NCBI GenBank assembly: GCA_963579235.1
Contig: CAUZFM010000001.1
Coordinates: forward strand, 1 to 58,637
DNA: 58,637 nt
Origin: an uncultured Candidatus Binatia bacterium
Lineage (GTDB): Bacteria; Desulfobacterota; Binatia; UBA1149
Direction of reading: 5' to 3'
The translations under genes and the position numbers were made by a program. Below the pieces are notes generated by a model. That model saw nothing but the letters and a program-made list of their open reading frames with translations, made no database searches and was not told where the DNA came from. Shown piece by piece: positions 30,036 to 38,039 of this stretch; within the stretch, counting starts at the first letter, position 1; each line of letters begins with the position of its first letter.

Positions 30036-30488
30036 TCAGTCTAACTGCAGGTAGCTGCTCTCGGCCTCCGACCAGGCAAATACAGCCTCGGCCCCGGGCT
30101 TGCCCTCCTGCACGGGGATCACGACCTGTAAAGCCTCGGGATAGGAGGGCTCGCCGAAGGGGGTGGCCTGGGCCACATCCTCCTCGGAAAAATAAGCCTC
30201 GTGGTCCGGGTGCGAGTGATAGAAGGCCACCAGCCGCCAGCCGGGCCCACCGGCTTTTTCCAGCGCCTCGCGCAGCTCGCCAGCGTCCCCCACGTAGGCC
30301 GTCCGGGCCGTTCGGGGGTAAGCAACAGGGTCAACGCGGTGCATTTCGTCCTGCACGTTGCGAATCGGCACCACCTCAAGAGCCCCCTCGGGCGAGGCCA
30401 GCACCAGCCCACAGCACTCGTCTGGGTAGCTTCGGGCGGCGTGACCCTTCATGGCCAGCAGCGTTTCAGGCTCCAGCCGGGTCACCAT
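30036..30488 (-). CDS. JAMM/MPN+ (Mov34/PAD-1, Mec+-like) zinc metalloprotease
   Basis: YPDECCGLVLA (E-x-x-CG) and FYHSHPDHEAYFSEEDV (HxHx7Sx2D JAMM motif). The start is taken at the internal ATG (MVTRLEPETLL). The longer track ORF would cover the neighbouring promoter. Confidence 0.85.
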   Translation of the reverse strand: MVTRLEPETLLAMKGHAARSYPDECCGLVLASPEGALEVVPIRNVQDEMHRVDPVAYPRTARTAYVGDAGELREALEKAGGPGWRLVAFYHSHPDHEAYFSEEDVAQATPFGEPSYPEALQVVIPVQEGKPGAEAVFAWSEAESSYLQLD

Positions 30489-30514
30489 CGCGCCCCGTTC
30501 CCGAATTGCCCACG

Positions 30515-30543
30515 TTGACGGATTTGGCCGCATTCCATATAAC
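30515..30543 (+). promoter_or_regulatory. Near-consensus sigma70-type promoter of the 682-aa gene
   Basis: TTGACG-N17-TATAAC in the AT-rich divergent intergenic region, about 34 nt upstream of ATG 30577. AGGGG SD-like element at -10. Confidence 0.5.
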
Positions 30544-30576
30544 TTTTGAGTTTACATCTTCCACAGGGGCACACTA

Positions 30577-32625
30577 ATGACGAGCGACACCACCGCATCC
30601 ACAAAAATTGAACTCTTTCTCAAGCCCAAGGCTGTCTCATCGAGAAAGCTGGCGCGCGACGCCGAGGGCCGCCTGCTGCTGGCAGAGGAAAGCGCCATTG
30701 ACCGCGACCGGACCCGCAACGCCGGCGTCACCATAGCCGAACTCGGCCGGCGCGTGCGCGTATTCAACTCCGACATGACCAAGCAGATGGCCTCTTACCT
30801 CGTGCCCGCCGAGCTCACCGAGTTCTCCGATGGTGCAGCCGATCTCTCGGGCGTGACCAAGACGCAGATCGGCCGCCTGCTATGGCTCGACGGCCTCTAC
30901 ATCCGCCACAACCCCGGCCTGCGCGAAGTCGGCATCAATGACCGCGGCGATGTGATCCTGCGCCTTGACCTCGAGACAGCCGAGGACCCGACCATCGGTC
31001 CGCTGATGAGCTCTTACAACACTACCCAGTCAACGCTCTCGTCGCGCCTGGTGGCGCGCATAGACAAGAAGAGCCACGACCGCGACGTGAAAGAAGCGCG
31101 GGCCTGGCTCGAGGCCATGAACGTGCTGACCGGCGGCAAGACCCTGCGCGCCCGTTTCTTCAGCGGCGGCGTGCAGGCCGAGCATCGCGGCAACGTGCCG
31201 CAGCTCTACCGCACCACGCAGGTAAACTTTTTTCAGCTCAACGACCCGGTCAACCTCGAACTCGCCGAGGTACTTGAGCAGCGCTTCGAGGGGTTGGACC
31301 GCCCAGTGCCCATAGTGCGCACCATTACCGTGGTAGGCATCCCGCCCAACGAGCGCGCCTACAAGGAGTTCGTCAGCCAGCTCAAGGAGAAGGACGAGAA
31401 CCCCATCAAGCTGGGGCTGCCGACGAGGCTGCGAGACTCGCAGTTCTTCGACACCTCGACCAAGTCTATTGCTCCCTCGTGCTTTTTCTACGCCTGCAAG
31501 CTCGACGACATAGGCGATTCGGTTGTCACAATCGCCATAAACACTGATTATCACGGCGAAATTAAATCCCGTGGCATTCACTCCGGCACCGCCGCGGTGA
31601 TGTCGGTGGCCGAGGTCATCGGCGCCCACGCGTCGAGCGCAATACTGTCGAGCAGCGGCAACTGCACGGTGTTCATGGGTGGCGACGGCTCGGGCAAAAG
31701 CCGCGCAGCCACCTTCTGGACAGAGCGCAACATCGACACCCGGCGCAACGAGCTCAAGCGTCGCTACTCCCTGACCTCGGACGAAACCAAGGCTACCGAG
31801 ACCATGAAGAGCGTGGGCTACCTGGCCCAGGACGACTGGATCAACCTCGTGCCGGCCGGACAGAACAAGGACGGCAGCGGCAACTGGGACACCTGGCCAA
31901 CCGAAAGGTTCTTCTACCTTCGCACGCGTGGCCTGCTGAGCCGCGATCTGGTGTTGTCTGAAAACGAAGCCGTAATCGAAAACCCCATGGCCGACTACGG
32001 CGCCGACGGACGCCGCGAAGTGCTGGGCCAGTGCACCCACGATTACCCGCACGAGCGTCTCTTCTACGACCCCGACTGGGACATTTTTTACTGCGACCGC
32101 GACGTCCATAAGCTCGGCCTCATAATGTTGCTCGAGGACGACCCCGACCTCGACTTCGTGATCCGCAGGCTCAGGCCCACCCAGGCTCTCGATTTCATAA
32201 TGAAGGGCCGCGCGGCGGATGGCAGTTTTCAACCCTTCTACAACGACAACTGCGACGTCTCCTCCTTGCTCATCGGCCAGGGCGTGACCGGCGACCGCCT
32301 GCTCGACGCGCTTAAGGCGGCGCGCAAGGGTGACGTGGCGGCGCTGATGAACGGTGACGAAGCGCTGGGAGCCTTCATACTCGACAGGGTCGAGCGCTTG
32401 GTCCTGCTCTACAAGCACCTGCTCACCGACATCCCGGTGTACGTTCTCAACGCGGCCGAGGCGGGGCCCGACCTCCTCCAGGACATGGCTTGGTACTGTT
32501 CGGAGAACCCTGATTCTCTCAAGCCCGGCCGCGAGAAAACTGTTGTCCAAGCGGTGAGCCTGATGGAAAAAGAGTTTGCCGTGACCTACGACGACAACGG
32601 GCTCTGGAGCCACCGCGGCAAATAA
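30577..32625 (+). CDS. Uncharacterised 682-aa protein with a divergent PEP-carboxykinase(ATP)/HprK-like P-loop core
   Basis: Colinear motifs YHGEIKS, GAHASSA, FMGGDGSGKS, YLAQDDW, RFFYLRT and VIENP parallel PckA YGGEMKK, SMHCSAN, FFGLSGTGKT, LIGDDEHGW, GGCYAKT and LLENV. The ~320-aa N-terminal region is unassigned. Confidence 0.65.
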   Translation: MTSDTTASTKIELFLKPKAVSSRKLARDAEGRLLLAEESAIDRDRTRNAGVTIAELGRRVRVFNSDMTKQMASYLVPAELTEFSDGAADLSGVTKTQIGRLLWLDGLYIRHNPGLREVGINDRGDVILRLDLETAEDPTIGPLMSSYNTTQSTLSSRLVARIDKKSHDRDVKEARAWLEAMNVLTGGKTLRARFFSGGVQAEHRGNVPQLYRTTQVNFFQLNDPVNLELAEVLEQRFEGLDRPVPIVRTITVVGIPPNERAYKEFVSQLKEKDENPIKLGLPTRLRDSQFFDTSTKSIAPSCFFYACKLDDIGDSVVTIAINTDYHGEIKSRGIHSGTAAVMSVAEVIGAHASSAILSSSGNCTVFMGGDGSGKSRAATFWTERNIDTRRNELKRRYSLTSDETKATETMKSVGYLAQDDWINLVPAGQNKDGSGNWDTWPTERFFYLRTRGLLSRDLVLSENEAVIENPMADYGADGRREVLGQCTHDYPHERLFYDPDWDIFYCDRDVHKLGLIMLLEDDPDLDFVIRRLRPTQALDFIMKGRAADGSFQPFYNDNCDVSSLLIGQGVTGDRLLDALKAARKGDVAALMNGDEALGAFILDRVERLVLLYKHLLTDIPVYVLNAAEAGPDLLQDMAWYCSENPDSLKPGREKTVVQAVSLMEKEFAVTYDDNGLWSHRGK

Positions 32626-32647
32626 CCCGGGGCTGCGTCAGTGCTGC

Positions 32648-32688
32648 GGGAAGCGAGGGGGAAGCGTCAGGCCTCGCCCTCGCTTCCC
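32648..32688. terminator. 12-bp perfect inverted repeat between convergent genes
   Basis: GGGAAGCGAGGG-N17-CCCTCGCTTCCC. The 3' arm overlaps the last codons of the minus-strand UPF0104 gene. There is no T-run. Confidence 0.35.
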
Positions 32689-33641
32689 CTGAGCGCCGGC
32701 ATGCCGGAATCATCGGCGAGAAACACCAGCCCGCCCACCGCTGACGAGGCCAGCAGCACGATCAGCCACAACAGCCCCAGCGCTATGCCCAGCTCGGACG
32801 ATACCCCGGCGTGGACAATAAACCACACGTACCCGCCCTCCCTTATTCCCAGGCCGGCCAAGCTCACCGGCAGGGCTGACAATATTGTCACCAGTGGGTG
32901 AAAGACGAAGTAATAAGCCAGCGGCAGGTCCAGGCCCAGGCCCGTGCCCAGCAAGTAAAGCGTAACTACCTGCAGGCTGTGAAAGGCCAGGGACACCCAT
33001 GCCGCCTGTAACAACAGCCCGCGGTCGAACCAGAACGGGGCGAGGTCGTCCTCGAGCAAGCGCCGTATTCGATTCGTATCGCCCAGCAATCGTCGCGCGA
33101 TCATGGGAATCAGCCACCAGCCCACCAGCATGGCCAGGCCCAGGGCCCAGGTGAACCAGACCAACAACGGCGGCAGACTGAAACGGCCCCACACGCCAAT
33201 GGCCACCACCACCACCACTAGCAGCATGGCCAGTCCTGACAGGCGGTCGAACAACACAGTGTTGAGGGCCACCGCGCGCCGGCCGTCGGTACGGCCAAGA
33301 TAGAGTGCGCGCACAACGTCGCCGCCCATGGTGCTTGGGCCGAACAGGTTGAAGAACATGCCGATGAAATAAAAACGGGTAACGGCGCCCAGCCCGGCGT
33401 GAAAACCTACGCGTTCCGATATCATATGCCAGCGCCAGGCGGTCATGAACTGGCCGGACAGGTAGAGCAGCACCGCTCCGACCACGACCAGCGGATCGAC
33501 CTGTAGAAGTGCAGCCGCCAGCACCCCGGGATCGCTCACCTGCCGATAGACCAGGTAGCCAGCCAGCAGCGATACGACAAACTTGAGTGGTGTTCCCCAG
33601 ACCATTGTCCTGCCCATAGTAGTGTCCCCCAAAGCGCTCAT
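32667..33641 (-). CDS. Flippase-like membrane protein (UPF0104 / LPG_synthase_TM family)
   Basis: 324 aa, polytopic, with RWHMI...FFNLFGPSTMGGDVVRALYL typical of UPF0104. Confidence 0.8.
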   Translation of the reverse strand: MSALGDTTMGRTMVWGTPLKFVVSLLAGYLVYRQVSDPGVLAAALLQVDPLVVVGAVLLYLSGQFMTAWRWHMISERVGFHAGLGAVTRFYFIGMFFNLFGPSTMGGDVVRALYLGRTDGRRAVALNTVLFDRLSGLAMLLVVVVVAIGVWGRFSLPPLLVWFTWALGLAMLVGWWLIPMIARRLLGDTNRIRRLLEDDLAPFWFDRGLLLQAAWVSLAFHSLQVVTLYLLGTGLGLDLPLAYYFVFHPLVTILSALPVSLAGLGIREGGYVWFIVHAGVSSELGIALGLLWLIVLLASSAVGGLVFLADDSGMPALRGSEGEA

Positions 33642-33721
33642 CTCCCCATCTGGATACCAGTCTGTGGCCCTGCCCTCAATGCCCCCAGCTGGTCACCGAG
33701 CCAAAAAATCTGCAGCCCACC

Positions 33722-33750
33722 TTGACAGGCGAGGCCTGCACCGGAAGAAT
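33722..33750 (+). promoter_or_regulatory. Candidate promoter of the DsbA-like gene
   Basis: TTGACA-N17-AAGAAT. The TTG of the -35 box is what the ORF track used as an alternative start codon. Confidence 0.4.
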
Positions 33751-33787
33751 AGCTCTTTACAATCAGCTCCAAGGAGGATGCACCCCA

Positions 33788-34546
33788 ATGGGATCGAAGG
33801 CACGTTACGCCTCGGCCATCGTTGCTATCCTTGCCCTTTACGTGGCTTCCTGCGTTGACCCGCAGGAAGTTACCGACATAAAGGCCAAGGTCGACGAGGT
33901 TCAGGCACAACAAAAAGACATGATAGGAAAACTGGCAGGCCTGGAGGCCGGTCAGAAAAAAATACTGGACAAGGGTCCGGCCGCTGCAGCGCGACCGTCC
34001 AAGCCCAAGGACGACCCCAACAAGGTCTACCCCGTAAAGAAGGGTAACTCGTTCTGGAAAGGCGCCGCGAACCCGACCGTTACGGTGGTCGAGTTCTCGG
34101 ACTTTCAATGACCATTCTGTGCACAAACCACCAGTCTGGTGGATCAGATAGTCAAGGAATTCCCCAACGACGTACAGTTTGTCTTCAAGAACTACCCCCT
34201 GCCGTTTCATAAGCAGGCCATGCCTGCCGCGAAGGCTGCTGTTGCAGCCGGCAACCAAGGCAAGTTCTGGGAGATGCACGACAAGATCTTCGAAAACTAC
34301 CGTGCCCTGAACGCGGATTTCTACGCCAAGGCCGCCGGCGAAATCGACGGATTGGACGTTGAGAAGTTCAAGGCCGACATGGACTCGCCCAAGACCCAGG
34401 CGCTGATAGTCGAAGAGATGAAAGAGGCCGGCACCGTCGGTGTACGGGGTACTCCCACTTTCTTCATCAACGGCAAGAAGCCCACGGGCCGTTCCTTTGA
34501 ACAGTGGAAGAGCATCATCGCCGAGGAGATCAAGAATAAGGGCTGA
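33788..34546 (+). CDS. DsbA-family thiol:disulfide oxidoreductase lipoprotein, predicted selenoprotein (Sec at TGA 34109..34111, motif U-P-F-C)
   Basis: Track ORFs 33722..34111 and 34139..34546 share one frame. Read-through gives VVEFSDFQ[TGA]PFCAQ...NYPLPFHKQAMPAA...GKFWEMHDKIF...GVRGTPTFFINGK. AAGGAGGA SD lies before ATG 33788, with a lipoprotein signal ILALYVASC, a hairpin after the TGA and a strong terminator. Confidence 0.85.
34116..34148 (+). promoter_or_regulatory. Candidate bacterial SECIS hairpin
   Basis: Lower stem UCUG/CAGA, upper stem CCACCA/UGGUGG, apical loop GUC (or a 5-bp stem with loop AGUCU). The apical loop starts 23 nt after the UGA and contains G-U. Confidence 0.5.
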
Positions 34547-34584
34547 CCTGGAATCTGCCAGAAAGCCCGCTGCGAAAGTGGCAA

Positions 34585-34618
34585 GGCCGGTTCCCTCACG
34601 GGAGCCGGCCTTTTTTTT
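34585..34618 (+). terminator. Rho-independent terminator after the DsbA-like gene
   Basis: GGCCGGTTCCC-TCAC-GGGAGCCGGCC followed by T8. Confidence 0.85.
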
Positions 34619-34686
34619 GACCGCGTTTCGCGCCACGACCTACCGTCCCGATCGTTGTCCGGATGTCACTCTCAAGCCCGGGCGTA

Positions 34687-35790
34687 TCAGGCCTGGCCGC
34701 TGTCGGCCGTCACGACCACGGGCTCGCCGTCCACCAGCACCCACTCGGGCCGGTAACCCTTGGGGCGAACCCAGAGAAAGAACGCGCCCGTCAGGGTCAG
34801 GGCCTCGGCCGCCCAGAAGCCCAGCGCGGCAGATATTATGGCCTGCGAAGTGCCCATTTTTTCGCCCAGCAGGTAGGTCTGCGCGATTTCACGGATGCCT
34901 TCGCCGGCTATGGTAAACGGCGATATCACGGTAGCAAAAATCTGGATAGACGAGGCAAAGGTCACCTCCCAGAAGCTCGCACCCACGGCACCTACCGCCA
35001 GCGCCGTAAAAAAGTACATCACCGCCGTCGTGAAGTGCACGATCCAGCTCTGAACCGCCGCGTTGAGCAACAACATGCGCTTGTCGCTGTAAGCCGCCGC
35101 GGCTTTGGACACCCGCGTGACGAAACCTGCGATCTTGTCGCGTGCCGGGATGGGAAAGTTTTCTATCACCCACTGCACCAGGCTGGGCTTGAACAGCAGG
35201 GTGAAAAACAGCAGCAACACGGCCGACGCTATGGGTACCGTGAGCGCCGCAACGCGGAAAGCGTTGTCGCCGAAAATCGAAATGCCCCACGGCATTGCGA
35301 CGAGAAAGGTAAAGAAAATTCCGAGGATGCCGAGGACTTTTTCGATCACGGTCGCGGCCGTTACCTCGACAGTGCGATCGCTGAAACGAGCTGCGTCGTA
35401 GAGCTTGTAGCCGTCAAGACCAACGGTGGACGGCAGGAAGGTACCCAGGAAACGGCCGATGAGAAACGAGCCGAATATATGCTTGAAAGGGAAGATTATG
35501 CCCTGGCCCTTGAGCAGCAGCAGCCAGCGATACATGCTGGCAAGTATGCCTATGAACTTTATGCCGGCGGCCAGCGCCACGAACATCCAGAAGTCATCCA
35601 TGTTGATGTTGGGTATGAACTCGCGGATTGCGGTGAAGGTCGTAACGCTACGACCGTCGTCGGTGGTCACCTGGTGCGAGAGCAGCAGGTAAAAAGCGCC
35701 CACGGTTATGACGGCCTTCACTGCCGTGGACAGCCACGCCCGGAGCGTAGGATTCAAATTTGACCAAAATTGTTTCAATTTGTTTATCAT
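34687..35790 (-). CDS. Flippase-like membrane protein (UPF0104 / LPG_synthase_TM family), second copy
   Basis: Polytopic, with YRWLLLL...FLGTFLPSTVGLDGYKLYD. The start is taken at the internal ATG (MINKLKQF). The track ORF extends to 35829. Confidence 0.8.
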   Translation of the reverse strand: MINKLKQFWSNLNPTLRAWLSTAVKAVITVGAFYLLLSHQVTTDDGRSVTTFTAIREFIPNINMDDFWMFVALAAGIKFIGILASMYRWLLLLKGQGIIFPFKHIFGSFLIGRFLGTFLPSTVGLDGYKLYDAARFSDRTVEVTAATVIEKVLGILGIFFTFLVAMPWGISIFGDNAFRVAALTVPIASAVLLLFFTLLFKPSLVQWVIENFPIPARDKIAGFVTRVSKAAAAYSDKRMLLLNAAVQSWIVHFTTAVMYFFTALAVGAVGASFWEVTFASSIQIFATVISPFTIAGEGIREIAQTYLLGEKMGTSQAIISAALGFWAAEALTLTGAFFLWVRPKGYRPEWVLVDGEPVVVTADSGQA

Positions 35791-35966
35791 TGTCGCTTTA
35801 CCCTTGTCTGCCTGACCGTGACTCGCCATGCAGGCAGCCAGCGTAAATTATAGGACAGTCGTGCAGCCGCTACCGTTTTTTTGGCCGGCGGCTTCCTCCA
35901 CCTGGCCCCGGGGCCGGTCTCGCTGACTTCAACAGCCTAATGATACCTGATAAGTCAGATGACGAC

Positions 35967-37214
35967 ATGAGCAGGCAATCAAAATCAAACTCTTGTGCTA
36001 AGTGCGGAGCCAGCCTCTCCTCGAGGCAGGCCTGGTGCGGCGACTGCGGCACCCCGCGACGTGACAAGCCCCGTGAAATCAGGGCAAACCCGCTTGCATT
36101 GGCGGTTTTTGGCCTGCTGTTTGGCCTGGGCGGCCTGGGCGTTTACCGGCTCGAAGCCCCCCCTCCCTCCCAGCAGCGTGCGGTATCGGGTGCACCCGGC
36201 GCTACCGGGGCGACGGCTTCAGCCCCCGCGCTCGACCTCGCCCCGGCCGACCACCCGATGGTGAAACTGCCCGAAGAAGTAACGCGCGTGCTCGATAGGC
36301 TTTCGGAGGCAGCCGAGGCCAGCCCCGACGACCTCGAGTCCTGGTTGATATTGTCCCGCGCGCGCTACCGCGCAGGCCTGCTCGATCCGTCTTACGTCGA
36401 AAAGGCCCGGCTGGCCCTGGACCACGTGCTCGAGCTGGACGCTGACTCGGCCGAAGCCATCCGCATGTACGGCAACCTGGAGTACAACGCCCGGCAGTTC
36501 GCGCGCGCCGAAGAACTCTTCAATCGTTACCTCCAGATCGACCCCGACGACGCGGCCGTGCGCACCGACCTCGGTTCGTCGCTGCTGTTCCAGGAACGAC
36601 GCGAAGAGGCGCGCGACACCTACCGCGAGGTCACCGTGAAAACACCGGGCTTCATGCAGGCCTGGTTCAACCTCGGCCTGGTGCAGAACGGCATGGGCGA
36701 CCGCGAGGGCGCGATGGCGAGCCTGAAGAAGGCAGGGGCCATCGCCACCGACCCGGAACAGAAACGTCGTGTCGAGGCACTCGTGGCGTCGCTGGAGAGT
36801 CGACAGGCAGCCGGGCCCACACCGCGCGACCGCACGGGTGGCGGCGACGCTGCGGCAACGGCCGGCGGCAGTGACAAAGCCGAGAGTAATGCCACCAGCG
36901 ATTTCCAGCGTGGCGCCGACCGACTACTGCTCGACCACCGCATAGTGGGCCCGCGGGTGGTCGCCATCACCTGGAGTTCTGATTCGTTGGCCGAGGTGAA
37001 GCTGAATAATTTCCCCATGGACCAAATGCCACCGGTGGTACGCAATCTTTTCAAGTCACGCATCAACGAATCCCTGGCCTCACTGGCCGAAAAGAACTCC
37101 CTCAACGACGCGATCAACATAGCGCTGGTCGACAGCGAGAGCGGCCTCACCATGGACAAGTTGGACGGCGTCGAGTTGGTTGGCGCCTTCGACCAGCCAG
37201 AGGACCTGCCGTGA
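35967..37214 (+). CDS. Zinc-ribbon / single-TM / TPR protein (CcmI/NrfG-like TPR region) with an unassigned C-terminal domain
   Basis: CAKCG-X10-[25 protein letters not shown], and TPR-like repeats ([15 protein letters not shown]..., [50 protein letters not shown]). Start could be 35940 or 35967. Confidence 0.75.
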   Translation: MSRQSKSNSCAKCGASLSSRQAWCGDCGTPRRDKPREIRANPLALAVFGLLFGLGGLGVYRLEAPPPSQQRAVSGAPGATGATASAPALDLAPADHPMVKLPEEVTRVLDRLSEAAEASPDDLESWLILSRARYRAGLLDPSYVEKARLALDHVLELDADSAEAIRMYGNLEYNARQFARAEELFNRYLQIDPDDAAVRTDLGSSLLFQERREEARDTYREVTVKTPGFMQAWFNLGLVQNGMGDREGAMASLKKAGAIATDPEQKRRVEALVASLESRQAAGPTPRDRTGGGDAAATAGGSDKAESNATSDFQRGADRLLLDHRIVGPRVVAITWSSDSLAEVKLNNFPMDQMPPVVRNLFKSRINESLASLAEKNSLNDAINIALVDSESGLTMDKLDGVELVGAFDQPEDLP

Positions 37215-38035
37215 GCGGTAAAGAGCACGACGAAAACGCCCCATGGTACCTGCCCATAAACGACGAGGTCGAGATCTTCGAGGCCGCCTTCAAGCTGCAG
37301 TTGCCCATACTTCTGAAAGGGCCCACGGGCTGCGGCAAGACCCGCTTCGTGGAGTACATGGCTTGGAAACTCGTCAAGGCCAGCGACGACCGGCCCCTGC
37401 CGCTCATAACCGTTGCCTGCAACGAGGACTTGACCGGCAGCGACCTCGTAGGCCGCTACCTCATCCGTGGCGACGAAACCGTGTGGATGGACGGCCCGCT
37501 CACGCGCGCGGTGCGCAGTGGCTGTGTGTGTTACCTCGACGAGCTGGTCGAGGCTCGCAAGGACACCATGGTGCTCATCCACCCGCTCACCGACCACCGG
37601 CGCATACTGCCCATCGACAAGCGCGCCGAGATTGCCCAGGCCCATCCCCAGTTCATGCTCGTGGTGTCGTATAACCCCGGCTACCAATCGGTGCTCAAGG
37701 ATCTCAAGCCGTCCACTCGACAGCGCTTCGTGACGCTTGAGTTTGGCTACCCGCCGCGAGACCGCGAGGCAGAAATCATCGCCCACGAAAGCGGCGTTGA
37801 TCTCGAAACAGCCATGGACCTTGCCCACCTCGGCGAGCGCGTGCGCGAACTCAAGTCGGGTGGACTCGAAGAAGGCGTGAGCACGCGCCTCCTTCTCTAC
37901 GCCGCCCAGCTGATCAACCACGGCACCACCCGGCAGCGGGCCTGCGAGGCGACCATGATACGGGCCCTCAGCGACGACCCGGCCACGCAGGAAGCCGTGG
38001 CCGAACTGGTGTCGTCTATTTTCCCGCCCGACTGA
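37211..38035 (+). CDS. CbbQ/NirQ/NorQ/GpvN-family MoxR-type AAA+ ATPase
   Basis: 274 aa with Walker [18 protein letters not shown], Walker [48 protein letters not shown] and [13 protein letters not shown]. The GTG start overlaps the upstream stop. Confidence 0.9.
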   Translation: MSGKEHDENAPWYLPINDEVEIFEAAFKLQLPILLKGPTGCGKTRFVEYMAWKLVKASDDRPLPLITVACNEDLTGSDLVGRYLIRGDETVWMDGPLTRAVRSGCVCYLDELVEARKDTMVLIHPLTDHRRILPIDKRAEIAQAHPQFMLVVSYNPGYQSVLKDLKPSTRQRFVTLEFGYPPRDREAEIIAHESGVDLETAMDLAHLGERVRELKSGGLEEGVSTRLLLYAAQLINHGTTRQRACEATMIRALSDDPATQEAVAELVSSIFPPD

Positions 38036-38039
38036 CGCA

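Noticed and set aside
31030-32613. 527-aa minus-strand ORF.
   Set aside because: It is antisense to the 682-aa PEPCK-like gene. Its composition is Val/Gly/Ala/His/Arg-rich and it has no upstream signals. The plus strand has the promoter, SD and ordered motifs.
33638-34636. Uninterrupted 332-aa minus-strand ORF spanning both halves of the DsbA-like gene. It is tempting as the real gene because the plus strand contains a stop.
   Set aside because: It has typical antisense composition for a GC-rich gene (Gly/Leu/Val/Arg-rich, no recognisable motifs). The plus strand shows full DsbA-family conservation on both sides of the TGA, an SD, a lipoprotein signal, a promoter and a terminator.
35905-35958. 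GGCCCCGGGGCC palindrome and 7-bp inverted repeat CTGACTT-N22-AAGTCAG just upstream of the zinc-ribbon/TPR gene. Considered as an operator.
   Set aside because: The stems are short, and such palindromes are frequent in GC-rich DNA. The repeat overlaps the alternative start at 35940. It is noted but is too weak to call a regulatory site.
36620-37921. 433-aa minus-strand ORF across the TPR and CbbQ genes.
   Set aside because: It is antisense to a textbook CbbQ/NorQ ATPase and is therefore an artefact. The same reasoning rejects 27226..28353 (antisense to miaB), 47646..48749 (antisense to GT2 and MBL) and 34663..35763 (antisense to UPF0104).
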